DNA of 60,593 bases, from contig NIVC01004102.1 of NCBI GenBank assembly GCA_002269645.1, positions 1 through 60,593 of the forward strand, written 5' to 3'. Positions 1 to 12,536 of the stretch are shown piece by piece. The stretch comes from Macrostomum lignano. Lineage: Eukaryota. The translations under genes and the position numbers were made by a program. The notes under the pieces were generated by a model that was given only the letters and a program-made list of their open reading frames with translations, was not told the DNA's origin and made no database searches. Within the stretch, counting starts at the first letter, position 1. Every line of letters starts with the position of its first letter.

Positions 1-2568
1 TCGCCAACTGGGCCAGCGTCCAGCTGAACAAGCGTCTGGAAAGTGTCGACGTTGATTCATGGTTGCGGAGGCCAAGACGCGGCTGGGCTGGTAGCCGGCG
101 TCAAAAGTCGAACTATGAGTAATCGAGACGAAGTCCTCCGTGAGCAGACGCCTCGCTCGCCAACAAGAAGTGCACAGAATCAGCGATGGTTTGCAGTGAA
201 AGGTAGGATCTCTACAGATTTATTGCCGCTGCTGGTTGCCACCACCCGAAACTACTGGGGTTCTGTCCTGGTTGCCACCACACGAAACTACTGGGTTCTG
301 TCCTGGTTGCCACCACCGCGAAACTACTGGGGTTCTGTCCTGGTTGCCACCACCCGAAACTACTGGGGTTCTGTCCTGGTTGCCACCACACGAAACTACT
401 GGGGTTCTGTCCTGGTTGCCACCACCCGAAACTACTGGGGTTCTGTCCTGGTTGCCACCACCCGAAACTACGGGGTTCTGTCCTGGTTGCCAGCACCCGA
501 AACTACTGGGGTTCTGTCCTGGTTGCCACCACACGAAACTACTGGCGGTTCTGTCCTGGTTGCCACCACCCGCCGAAACTACTGGGGTTCTATCCTGGTT
601 GCCACCACCCGAAACTACTGGGGTTCTGTCCTGGTTGCCACCACCACGAAACTACTGGGGTTCTGTCCTGGTTGCCACCACACGAAAACTACTGGGGTTC
701 TGTCCTGGTTGCCACCACCCGAAACTACTGGGGTTCTGTCCTGGTTGCCACCACCCGAAACTACTGGGGTTCTGTCCTGGTTGCCACACACCCGAAACTA
801 CTGGGGTTCTGTCCTGGTTGCCACCACCGAAACTACTGGGGTTCTGTCCTGGTTGCCACCACCGAAACTACTGGGGTTCTGTCCTGGTTGCCACCACCCG
901 AAACTACTGGGGTTCTGTCCTGGTTGCCACCACCCGAAACTACTGGGGTTCTGTCCTGGTTGCCACCACCCGAAACTACTGGGGTTCTATCCTGGTTTGC
1001 CACCACCCGAAACTACTGGGGTTCTGTCCTGGTTGCCACCACCCGAAACTACTGGGGTTCTATCCTGGTTGCCACCACCCGAAACTACTGGGGTTCTGTC
1101 CTGGTTGCCACCACCCGAAACTACTGGGGTTCTGTCCTGGTTGCCACCACCCGAAACTACTGGGGTTCTGTCCTGGTTGCCACCACCGAAACTACTGGGG
1201 TTCTGTCCTGGTTGCCACCACCCGAAACTACTGGGGTTCTGTACTGGTTGCCACCACCCGAAACTACTGGGGTTCTGTCCTGGTTGCCACCACCCGAAAC
1301 TACTGGGTTCTGTCCTGGTTGCCACCACACGAAACTACTGGGGTTCTGTCCTGGTTGCCACCACCCGAAACTACTGGGGTTCTGTCCTGGTTGCCACCAC
1401 ACGAAACTACTGGGGTTCTGTCCTGGTTGCCACCACCCGAAACTACTGGGGTTCTATCCTGGTTGCCACCACCCGAAACTACTGGGGTTCTATCCTGGTT
1501 GCCACCACCCGAAACTACTGGGGTTCTGTCCTGGTTGCCACCACGAAACTACTGGGGTTCTGTCCTGGTTGCCACCACCCGAAACTACTGGGGTTCTGTC
1601 CTGGTTGCCACCACACGAAACTACTGGGGTTCTGTCCTGGTTGCCACCACACGAAACTACTGGGGTTCTGTCCTGGTTGCCACCACCGAAACTACTGGGG
1701 TTCTGTCCTGGTTGCCACCACCCGAAACTACTGGGTTCTGTCCTGGTTGCCACCACCCGAAACTACTGGGGTTCTGTCCTGGTTGCCACCACCCGAAACT
1801 ACTGGGGTTCTGTCCTGGTTGCCACCACCCGAAACTACTGGGGTTCTGTCCTGGTTGCCACCACCCGAAACTACTGGGGTTCTATCCTGGTTGCCACCAC
1901 CCGAAACTACTGGGTTCTGTCCTGGTTGCCACCACCCGAAACTACTGGGTTCTGTCCTGGTTGCCACCACCCGAAACTACTGGGGTTCTGTCCTGGTTGC
2001 CACCACCCGAAACTACTGGGGTTCTGTCCTGGTTGCCACCACCCGAAACTACTGGGGTTCTGTCCTGGTTGCCACCACCCGAAACTACTGGGGTTCTGTC
2101 CTGGTTGCCACCACCCGAAACTACTGGGGTTCTGTCCTGGTTGCCACCACCCGAAACTACTGGGGTTCTGTCCTGGTTGCCACCACCCGAAACTACTGGG
2201 GTTCTGTCCTGGTTGCCACCACCCGAAACTACTGGGGTTCTATCCTGGTTGCCACCACCCGAAACTACTGGGGTTATATCCTGGTTTCAGCTCTTTCATC
2301 CTAGCCTATACCCTGTCCTCTATTAGCATTATTTTAACAGTCTGTGCGCGCTTGACAATTTTAGTAGAAAATCACCCGTAATCATCGTATTTCTGTTTAT
2401 CTGCGTAGGCAACCACTGCAGCGACCAAACCAGCGACCATATATTCATCGACCTGATCGGAGGCCAAACCAGCGGCCACCCCGGCGATCGGGCCGTCAGT
2501 CAGACTCAGAAGATTCAATATCGCCGTTGGCCGCAGCCGCAGACAAGCCCTATCAATCACGCCATCAC
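1..2568 (-). CDS. Possible partial spliced CDS of an unidentified gene (exons 2568-2376 and 211-<1), running off the window start
   Basis: GC-rich exon-like block 2568-2376 with acceptor ctccaag| and donor TACGG|gtgatt (phase 2). It joins in phase to acceptor tctgtag| at 212, and the frame then stays open to base 1 (...DKQKYDDYGDPTFHCKPSLILC...). The 36-bp satellite would sit wholly in the intron. No family recognised. Confidence 0.3.
232..2286. repeat. 36-bp tandem satellite, about 57 copies (CGAAACTACTGGGGTTCTGTCCTGGTTGCCACCACC)
   Basis: Directly visible. The 12-aa period (RNYWGSVLVATT) in the ORF track confirms 36 bp. No spacers; occasional 1-bp indels in G/C runs. Confidence 0.97.
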
Positions 2569-3308
2569 CTTGGAGCTAAGCTCGCCAGGCTCTCCTAAAG
2601 TTTTGAGTTTCCTAGTTTTAATTAGTTTGCGTTTATTAGGCCTTTTGAACCGTAGCCCTGAATGTTATTTTCTTAGAATATGTAATATGATTTTTTATTG
2701 AAATATTTGTTATAACTTATAATTTCAATTCTTGCTGGCAAGATGTCATTCGATTCTCAGCGGCACGTTTTTTGTGTCACTCGCGTTCAATTTGAAACTC
2801 AAATTTAATTAACAAAATATTAATAACCCACTCATTCGATGTTTTTTGTTCGTCTTCATTGACACCATCTGAACCTGCTCTGATGACAGCTGGTCTGCTT
2901 TTGTCGGCTAAGTAATTTACTATTTTTGTAATTCTTTTTAATCAATCGGTGATGGTTTAAACGCACACACTTTATTCACTTGGACTTGTGCTTTTTGTAT
3001 TAAACTTGATGCAATTCCACAGCTAGCTAGTTCAGTACTGTTGAGTTTCTGTTAAAGTCAGCCATCTTTGTGTTAGTCATTTTATATTTCGTAGATTTTT
3101 TATTAGACTCTTCTGTCACTTTTTATTTCACTTTCCTGTCTGTCTGTCTACTCTCTGCTTAAGACTAATCCATATAGTTTGGATTTGCTCTCATAAGCTT
3201 TCTCTCAAGTTATTCTCCCAATAACTTGATAAGCCACTTAGGCATAGAATTCTTAGTAAAGCAGCCTTTCTACTGCAATGTCTACTGCAATACTGCTATT
3301 TTTAGAAC

Positions 3309-3738
3309 TGACGTCACTTGAGGTCTCCGGCCAGAGTACACGCGGCTGTGACTCAGTTGCTATTTTTAGCAACATGAGTCACTCCTCTCCTTAGAGAAGG
3401 GAGGGGTCCGAAAGCACGTGATTCTCCCGGTAAACAGGGCCAACGAGTGCAGTAAACATGTTTACGTTTACTGCACTTTAAGACTCCAAGAACACAAGAT
3501 CTGTCATGTGACTTGCTCACAAGACAGAGGAAAACGGGACGGGAACGAAACAGAGACAGCCTACAGCAGAGAAGCTGAGGGCTGAGAACAGAGACGCAGA
3601 AGGGCAGAACAGGCCAAGGGCAGCAACAGACGGGCGGGAAGCTGACCAGCGGCATACAGCAACCCAGGGCGGGGGTGAGGGCGAAGGAAGCTGCTGACAA
3701 TAGTGCGACGCCTAACACCAAACTAGCGGATCACTACA
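3309..3738 (-). mobile_element. Possible solo LTR (430 bp)
   Basis: GC-richer block in AT-rich flanks, bounded by TG...CA (TGACGT / ACTACA, imperfect inverted ends). The minus strand is CT-rich with AGTAAA-type signals. Flanks GAAC / CAAC are only a 3/4 TSD match. Confidence 0.35.
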
Positions 3739-4564
3739 CAACCTCAGACTAAAATATCGTACGAAGTGTCGAGGCTCAAGCATTCATCAAGGAATACACA
3801 GAATAGGTGGGCTCTAGTTCATATCTTTTCTTTCACCTGTTTCTATGCTACACCTTTTCTATGCTACAGACTATGCTACAGACTCAGGATAATTTTGTCT
3901 ATGGCTAAACCTTACTTCGGTTAGAATGTTTTGAGCTGGGGTTAGACTGGGTCCCAGTCTAAATTGTCTGAATTGAATTTCCGCTAGTTTTTTTAGAACT
4001 GGACTTTGATCAAAATCGAACGTGAAAATGTGTATTGCATTGCATGCATAAGCCGGAATTCGATGCTTCGGATGTGTCACAGTGAGTCATTCCCCCAGCC
4101 AAAACCCCCAGCTCACATAACAGCAATATTGTGTCAAAAAACACTGTCCAGGGAATACTCTCTCTGTCCAGGGAGTATTCCCTGCACTGTCCATGGAAAA
4201 ACACGCCATCTTTGTTCCAAGTTGATCTCCACGCGTGGCTGAAATTATAGATAGACTTAGACTGATTGAGAAATGCAATACTCAGGTATAAATAGACATG
4301 AATGGAAGTCTCTGGTGACTGGAGAGACGGTTGGATTCTAGAAGCGAGTTAACTCTGTATCCTGCTATCTCAATACTCTGAGTCAGAACATTGCTATTTC
4401 GTCTACGGGGGAGGTAGAGAAGCAAAGCGCTACATTGCGCAAAATAACAGTCATACTTCAAATCCTCTTTATTCCTTTACTCTATTGACTTAAAACATTT
4501 TTCGTCATTATATTCTGCTTTAAAAATATGCTCTATTATTATTAGCATGGTTTACATATTGCAG

Positions 4565-7225
4565 CGTGACTTGGACATGGCCTCGGCAGCCTATAACAAG
4601 AAATCCGCCTCATTTAGATCAGACACGCGTTTTCTACGCATGCTGCTGACTGTACGCTGGAGTCTGCGCAACGTCGCCAGCAAGGAGGCCGCAGAACAGT
4701 TGAAACAGGCGGCTGCACTTGAGTTCCGCGAGTTACAGGTGAGCAGTTTTGGCATTTATTTGACGCATTACAATAGTTGAAAGTCATTATCCGACATCAC
4801 GGAAAGTAGCAAAGAAATCGGTAGCATGTCCACTCTCGCGCCAAAGCCACTGGCTTTGATTCCGCTCGACCGTGCATGGAAATCTGCTTCTCGTGAGCTG
4901 AAATGGGTCCGGGGAATGTACGATATGGGTCGGCTCCTAGGGCTTTGTGCACATGCACACTGCCTAACGTTGAAAAGTCCGGCCACTTTACGCTGTGTGC
5001 TTGCGTTTGCGTATTGTAAGGTGCGCATTTACGTATTCAGGGGTCAGTGGTATGAGCATTTAGCTACAGTGCTTTCCTACTCGCTGGCTGTGTATAGACT
5101 TTCGCCTTGATTTGCGACAGTGCCTGAAGCCCCACCTGCGTCTATGTAGCACTAGTTGCAGACCGTAAGGCTAAAATTGAATTAAGAATTTAAGAATTGC
5201 ACGTTTACTTAATAATGATTCGCCCTCATCATGTTTGCTCCTCAGATCCGGCTGCCAGACTCTGAGCTGCGCCACCTACTGCGCGTCGAGTTGGTTCGCG
5301 CATTCTCCTCCATCGCTTTGGAGCCGGCGCTTCTACCGCTCTTGGCCGCCGGTGAGCATCGGCAGCCGGACGTTGTCAGCGTGCGGAAGTCTTGGCCAGT
5401 CTGGTGCAGCCTATGCGTTGAAGCGTTGCACGAGTTAACAGAGCTCAGTGGTTTCAGTTCGCCGCTTCCGAATATATGCGATTTGCTTAACGTTATTCAA
5501 GGCATTGAGGATATTATTGTTACCCAGCTGAGAAGCCGCTGGTCTAAGCTGCAGGCGCTGGAGTTCATCGGACGCCGATCGACCCCTGCTACATCAACCG
5601 CTGCTGTTACTGTCTCTGAATCTACTACAGCGTCCGTCCCACCTGCCGTAGCTCCAATCATGCAGTCTTCTGTAGAAGCTGCTAGCGATCGTCTGCAGGT
5701 GCCGCCGATGATGTCCTCATTAGTGCGCCCTTCATCGGAATCAGCAGCGTCGTCTTGCCAGGTAGGCTTCAGCAGCAGCGACTCCGGCCTGCTAAACTAT
5801 TCGACAGTCTTGAACTCAACGCAACCATCGGGCGCTGCACCGTACGGTCACGTTCAGCAATCAAGTCCGATGGCGATACCGCCTCTCATGTCGATGCCAT
5901 TTTCTGTCTCAACCTCCTCTAACTGCGGTTCTTCTGCTCAAGTTGTATTTCCCCAACCGCCGCCTCAGTCGTCACCACTTCCGGCTTGCCCAGTAATGGC
6001 GGCTTGCTTTTCAGGAAATGTAGGAGTAGCCCCATCATTGCCTGTGTCGCCTCATTTAAACATTTTCCCTCCTATGGACTTATTCGCACAGCCTTTGCCA
6101 CCTCTTCCTGCTAAGGCTTCCTGTCCTATGCAAATCCGTCTGTCAGAAACAATTTCGGCTGAGTTAGCTTCTGGAACTTCTACATGTAAAGCTTCTGTAA
6201 TAAATCCTGCGATACCCAGCTCACGTGTCACGACTTCGACTTCAGTAGTTGACTCTGGAACAGCTGCACCGTCTATTAATGAAGTAACAGTTGCGTCAGC
6301 TGTGACCACCACTTCCTCTGCAACCGGTTCGGATAATTTGCTACAGGCTGCACCAAACTTAAAATATTCCGTTAATGCCACAGCTTCTTCATTGCTTAGC
6401 TCTACCGGTACCTGCAGCTCCACCACTGTTGCTTCTTCTGTCACAGCTGCTGCTTCATCGTTGAGCTCTACCCGCTGCTCTACCCCTGTTGTAACAACAG
6501 CTTCCAAAGCTTCTACTTCGTTGCTAGACGCTTTCAGAAACTCTGCTTCCGGTACTGCTGCTTCTTTGTTTGGCTCTTTTAGAGTTTCAACTTCTAACAG
6601 CTCTGTTCCTGTCACATCCGCGTCGGTTAAAAAATCGATTGCAAGTACCTCTACCCTTGGTAGCGAATCGACCACACTGACTTCTGTCAAAATTGACGCG
6701 ACAAAAAACAAACCCGAGCTGATCGCTGCCTCGGATGCGTTAGCACGGAAAAAGTCATATAAACCCATGAAGTCTGCCTCTAAACAAAAGGAATCTATCG
6801 TTAATGCTCAAAGGTTAGCCAAAACCGCGTCGGTTAAAAGTAAGCAAAAATCATCTACGTCTGCTTCTACTGCCTCGCTGAAAAGAAAGTACAGCGCACG
6901 TACATCCGTCTCAGGTACTGCAGTGCACAGGAAGTCCAGCGCACGTACATTCGTCTCAGGTACTTCAGTGCACAGAAAGTCCAGCGCACCTACTTCTGTA
7001 TCAGACAAATCCAAGTCTAAACACTCGTCAACTTCAGATCTACATCAACATAGAAAGCGTCGAAATGAAGGCCCATCTAGCCAATCATCTTCATCAAAGA
7101 TTAACAAGGCTGTTATAAATATGGCCACAGCAGATAGAAACTGTGCTTCCTCGCATTTAAACGGTGAACTTTTATACTTTAATGATGAAATCGAACTAGA
7201 AGAGGGCGAAATTGTATCTGATTGA
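4565..7225 (+). CDS. Orphan protein: helical N-terminal region, long S/T/A/P low-complexity region, basic K/S-rich region and C-terminal ELEEGEI motif
   Basis: The 664-codon open frame 5231-7225 is solid. Upstream in-phase (phase 0) exons at 4565-4738 (ttgcag| ... CAG|gtgagc) and 4784-5020 (AAG|gtgcgc), joining acceptor cctcag| at 5245, are plausible but less certain. The true start is not located. Internal 45-bp coding repeat (SARTSVSGTAVHRKS x about 2.5). Confidence 0.65.
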
Positions 7226-7719
7226 TTTCTGAGGAAGCCGTCTCAAGTTATTTTATTCTGGTTAATTTCAATCTATCATTACCTCAATAATTATTGCTTG
7301 ATTTATTTAGTGGCTTTATATACGCGTCAGATGTGAACCCAGACCCAGCAATTGCTTTTGATCAATGTACATCCTGCTTGCCTGTTTTGCAAATCTTATA
7401 GTCATACATGTGATCCACCCTTAACTTGTGTTCAGAAACGCAGCTATTGCAATAAGTTACCACGCACTTTAGTGGCATGGTGCATGTGGAATAGTGTAAT
7501 CGACAGTGGCATGACTGAGCCCGGTGGCTGGGCAAAGTGGTCTTGCTTATTTTGATGCATTATTTATGTTTTAAGTGCGAACTGTCCCAATATTTAAATC
7601 TCTGAGCACCGGCTTTGTACACCAATCTAGCCACAGCTTGTGCCATAGACGAAAAACGTGGTAACCGGAGGGTCAGCTATGTGGATAAAAAAATAGGTTT
7701 CAACTTTTCGTCTTTATTG

Positions 7720-8077
7720 GTATTGCTTTTGTCAGCCTAACTGAGAATAAAGCCATCCAAAGTGAGAATCCTGCCTACGCTGACTGCGAAGGGCCTGGCT
7801 GCGTGCAGCCTTAGTCTATGGGCCATAGACAATAAAGGACAAGCAAAGTGATAAAAAGCCATCCAATGTGAGAATCGATTGGTCTATGCGTCGTATTCTT
7901 TTATTTTTATACCTTCTGAGCTTCTGAGCCATTATATGACTAGCCAATCCTAGCTTATCCTTTATAGTCTATGGCCCATAGACTAAGGCTGCACGCAGCC
8001 AGGCCCTTCGCAGTCAGCGTAGGCAGGATTCTCACTTTGGATGGCTTTATTCTCAGTTGGGCTGACAAAACCAATAC
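7720..8077. mobile_element. MITE-like foldback element with about 111-bp inverted arms
   Basis: 7720-7830 is the near-perfect reverse complement of 7967-8077. The inner end of each arm carries the palindrome GTCTATGG(G/C)CCATAGAC. Spacer is about 136 bp. Confidence 0.85.
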
Positions 8078-11000
8078 TGCAATGCTCTTTGGTTTATATA
8101 TTGTTTGTTGGCACATTCATCCGACATAGTTTTAATATTGTTGTTGGTTTCGATAAACGTGGATCAACTAATCAATCAAGTTTCTTGAGCCACGAGTCGG
8201 TCCTGCTCGGAGGTCTCACACAGTATGAGCACCCGCTCGGGCACTGATCTGCATTACGCACAATTTCTTTTTTTACCTTTCAGGGGCACAAAATTGTCTC
8301 AAAATCTATATTGTTTTGTTTGCATGTATCGACAAAATGTTTTTAGTAATTTTTTTAATTATGTCGGCTTCGTGCTTGTTTGCTTTTGTACTGTGTTATT
8401 GTATTATCATTATTATTTGTATTACTGTATTAGTTATGAACTTTCAGTTTTTCTCAAAAAACTGCAAAATTCTGCAATAATTTTTTGTTTTTACTTGTAG
8501 CAGGTTCTACCTGAAGCTTTTTAAATTTATTTATTTAATATCGTTTGCAGGGCACTTTCATTTAATTAGATAGTACAGCTAGTTTGTTTTGCATCTGCAT
8601 GATGTGTTACCTCACTATTTCGGATAGATCGAATGAATTAAATTTGAGAAGACCCTAGGGGACCTTAGCTATAGGAACTTTTTGCGTATCTAAGCGATGC
8701 ACATTTATCGGGACGGCATATAATGTACAAGACATAAGCTTAACAGGCTCTTGCAAAAACTTGCAATAAAATGAAGGGAGGCAGACAGTTCGTACGAAAT
8801 AGCAGCAGTCATTTACGAGAGGGTATGAACCAATAGAAATCTGGATGGGAGAGAGAAACAGACCAGGCTATTGAATTGAGTGTACGGAGGGTTAACCCCA
8901 CGTTTCTGAATGAAGCCGCCCTAAAGCTAAAAATGTATTATCTAAGAATGTACATTGACTAAGTACATCTAAGGGTTTGGTTGGCTGGGGGTAGGGCGTT
9001 TGTCCAATTTATCGATCCACTCAAGGCTTTTGCCTAACCCCTATTTTTTATCGCTCTCGTGCCACAAACAGTCAACGACCCAACCACCCCACCTCCCTTA
9101 GTTTTATTTATTTAAAGAAGGCATCGTCTCAATGACTGAGCATTTTTGCTTAGACTTTTAGAGAGAAAGTATATGGAAGCTTGTGAGTTGTGACAGTGTC
9201 AGATGAAACCATTCATATATTTGCCCAAATCCCTTACGGCGCGGCCGACACAACATGCAAATTGCATACAGAAATTGATATTAGTTATTAGTATTAACAT
9301 TCAGGACTTGCTCCGGTACGTGTATTACTGTATTACCCATGTTTTTGAAAAACTTTTAAGCAAACTCGCTGCTGATCAAGATGCCACGACGGGTAACGGC
9401 ACTTTGGCGTGCTCGTAGTTCCTACATACGTTACTGCAACTAGCATTAAAGACATTGCTTAACTTGAGTGCCGCGTGACAGCGCGAATAGGGGGAGAGCT
9501 GTTGCTGAGTGTATTACAATGTGTGCCAAGAGTCCTAATTAGTTTTAAGGCAAGTGTCTCATACATAGGTCAAGTTTGCCAAGATGGCATATTCTAATTC
9601 ATGTTAATCGTTTTTTACCTATTTCAGCGTTTTGGAATACGATTCGTTAAACAATTCTACTCTAGTAGATCATTAAAATATTATCTAAAGATATTATGTA
9701 CGCAGCAAAATTGAAATAAAAGGTTCGATGCTGCTACTGCAATCGTTGTGATGTCCAACATCCCTACATAGTGTGTACTATATATGAAGCATTTACAAAT
9801 CAGGATAAAGAGTAGAGTAATATTAGAGTAGACTCCGCTCCGGACAGTTAAGTAGAGCCCTCTCGCCTCAAAAAGGGATAACTTCTCAAGTTTCAATCAC
9901 GAATGATGTAACCTGCGGATTGCGCAGAGTGTCTCTTTATATAGAATCATGGCTTCTATTTTATTTCTTCCTGCGAGAGATTGTTCTGATTCTCCCATTG
10001 ACTATACATGTATCGTGTAACCTTCCCATAAAGCCTTCGTATTCAGCAGACGCCACGGCTTTAAATTAAATAAAAATATTGACTGTAATTTTGTCTAAGA
10101 ATAAAAGCCAAGACCTCCAGCGTAAAAGAAAAATATATATATTTCTAGCTTCAAAACAGGTTCGACTGGCTAGCATTTGTTTTTAGTTTTTGGCCTAAAC
10201 CGAAAAGTCCACCACTTACAAGAGTGTTTTCATCTCATTTCGATTTTGACATCGGAAAGCATAAAACGAATGCTTCAAGCTAGCTCAACTAGAATAGAAT
10301 AATAAAATTTTGCGAGGAATCTGCTTCAACTGAGGTAACTATAACAACTGAGCTAACGAGAAACGAGTGGACTCTTCGCTGAAAATTTCACGATGCAACT
10401 GCAATCGAGTGCTCCAACGTGGCAGGATTTCACAGCCGTGTCTGAACTCTTAGCCCGACTTCTGGTCTTGCCCTAATTTGTAATGCAACTAAACAAATTT
10501 AATGGTAAGTAAGACTAATATTTGCTGAAATTGACGCCACTAATGGTTAAAGCGGATACTTTTTCTTTTTTTAGGATGCATGCTTCCACAGGTCCAGCTG
10601 GATTGTACAGCACGTCTGGGCGGCTTCTCCTGCGCCGGTTTCGGAGGTTCTTATTAAAAGTATTTGATTACTGAACAAGCTTCAAACCGAAATCTGGATC
10701 CGGATTTCGGAACTTAGCGCTTTTTTGTTTACTGCTGAGCTGATAAGATATTGCCATGTACGAATTCCAATTCTCCCTTTCCACTCCCCGACTCGCTCAG
10801 GTCAGAAAACCGCGCAGGACTTCAGACCAGGTATTAAACCACACAAAGAACCACTTGAACAAATATTGTTGAGATGAGATCGCCTTATTGAGCCAGAACG
10901 ACAATAAGGCCAAAGCGTTGGCGCCGAGTTGTTACTTTGAAGTCCAAACCATCTGTCTGTGGCCCAGACTTGTCAGTTTCTGCACACAGTTCTGTCAGTA

Positions 11001-12536
11001 AGCTTATTGATAAGATACGCTCATCATGCGTGCACTTTCAAAGCCATAAAGTGCGCAGTATTCGGCTGCAGCGGTGCACTGCAAAATGCTTTTGTGTCTA
11101 ATGTCAGGTTTGCTTGTTTCTCGGTCGAGTTTCAGTAATTTGAGCGTTGTCTATGGCCTAAGCCTATCTATGTTTTGTAGGATTTCCCCTTTGATGTCTG
11201 TTTTTAACTTGACGTGAATAGAAAAGGAACAGCTAGGAATTTAAGAAGATAAAATTGGGGCAGGCCCACAGGACCTTCTTTACCCTCAATCCTCGAGGGT
11301 AGTCTATATCCTTGGAACCGTGGGTTATCCACCCTTATCAGTGCCAAGGGACCGTAGGGTCTGCGTTCGGGCTTATTTTATACCCTATACGCATCTGTCC
11401 AGAGAAAGATTGAGTCATCACTATTTCCGTTCTTTCCCCACCGGGCTTTTTTGTATATAAAATTCTGGTCTGGTAGAAGTTAAAAGAAGCGATTTTGGCA
11501 TAGTCTGTCCTAACAATGGAGTCTAGACAGGACACTACATGCTTGTCGAATTATGGTTGGTTGAAGGATCATGACAAATGTGCATTGCTTGCTCGTATAC
11601 CACTCACCTCCATATAGTTGATTCGTGCTTTGGGGTCCTTCCCCCCCCCCCCCCTGTACCGAAACCCCTCTTCTCCCCCATAGTTAAACAACCCGCATTC
11701 TGATTCACCTAGAGACCCGAATCATTTGAACATTAGCGGCTGTTTTCCAATTTGGTGTCGGTAATAGCACGTAAGAGTTCACTATTTTCTGCGAGTTTGT
11801 TATTCGTTGTATTTGCTATACTTTATATTTAGCTTCATAACTTTGAACTGCAAAATCTAATTTGACTAAATCCGAATTAAATTTTGCTTGTATCAATTCT
11901 GACTGCTTGCAATTTTGTCTATTCGAACGGGCCACTATTTCAATTGAAGCCGCAACTATACGACTGGAAAACGCGCTTTAAGTGCACATGGGACATCCTG
12001 AAGAAAGAACAAGTCAATTGTTGTTCGTCTTATCCGTACTACTGCTATTGTGAAAATATTTAATTCAACTCTGTTTTTGCCTTAAACCGCGCGCTACCTC
12101 CACTTTCTATCGGTATCCGGATGCTCTTGAGTTTAAGAGCATTTGAATTTGATAATACGAGAGTGTGAGACTGACTGCAATGCAGCTTCTTGACATTCTT
12201 ATTGATAAATCAACAAGTCTACTACTTTTTATGGATTGATTCTTACTGTGAATCATTCTTTACTCAGGTGGCTTACTCAATGCAATGTAAAAAGGAAAAG
12301 TTATCCCTAAGCTTGTGATTAGCTTAAAAATTTTTTTTTAGTTTAAGTCATCTTTGCTTAATCTTTGCTTGCTGTATTGTTCTATTCGGTGTAAGTGTTT
12401 TAGTGTTTGTCAGACAACATAAATTATTGATTTATTGATTATTTCGTTTTGTCTTGCTCGCGAATTTTTTTCTAATCTTTTTCTAGGTTATAATATATTT
12501 CAGGATGCAAGATAATCTGTGTAGGTTATTGGAGTA

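Noticed and set aside
43-2381. Long ORFs (753, 696, 569 aa) and a CRISPR-like 36-bp repeat length
   Set aside because: They are translations of a head-to-tail satellite, open in several frames on both strands. There are no spacers and no cas genes, and the context is eukaryotic.
6052-6768. Antisense ORFs over real exons (6052-6768, 15112-15753, 22381-23124, 33587-34088, 46161-46655, 59568-59960)
   Set aside because: Shadow frames of GC-rich or low-complexity coding sequence on the opposite strand.
9200-11600. Scattered short ORFs and possible decayed TE sequence
   Set aside because: No recognisable motif or consistent splice structure that I can support.
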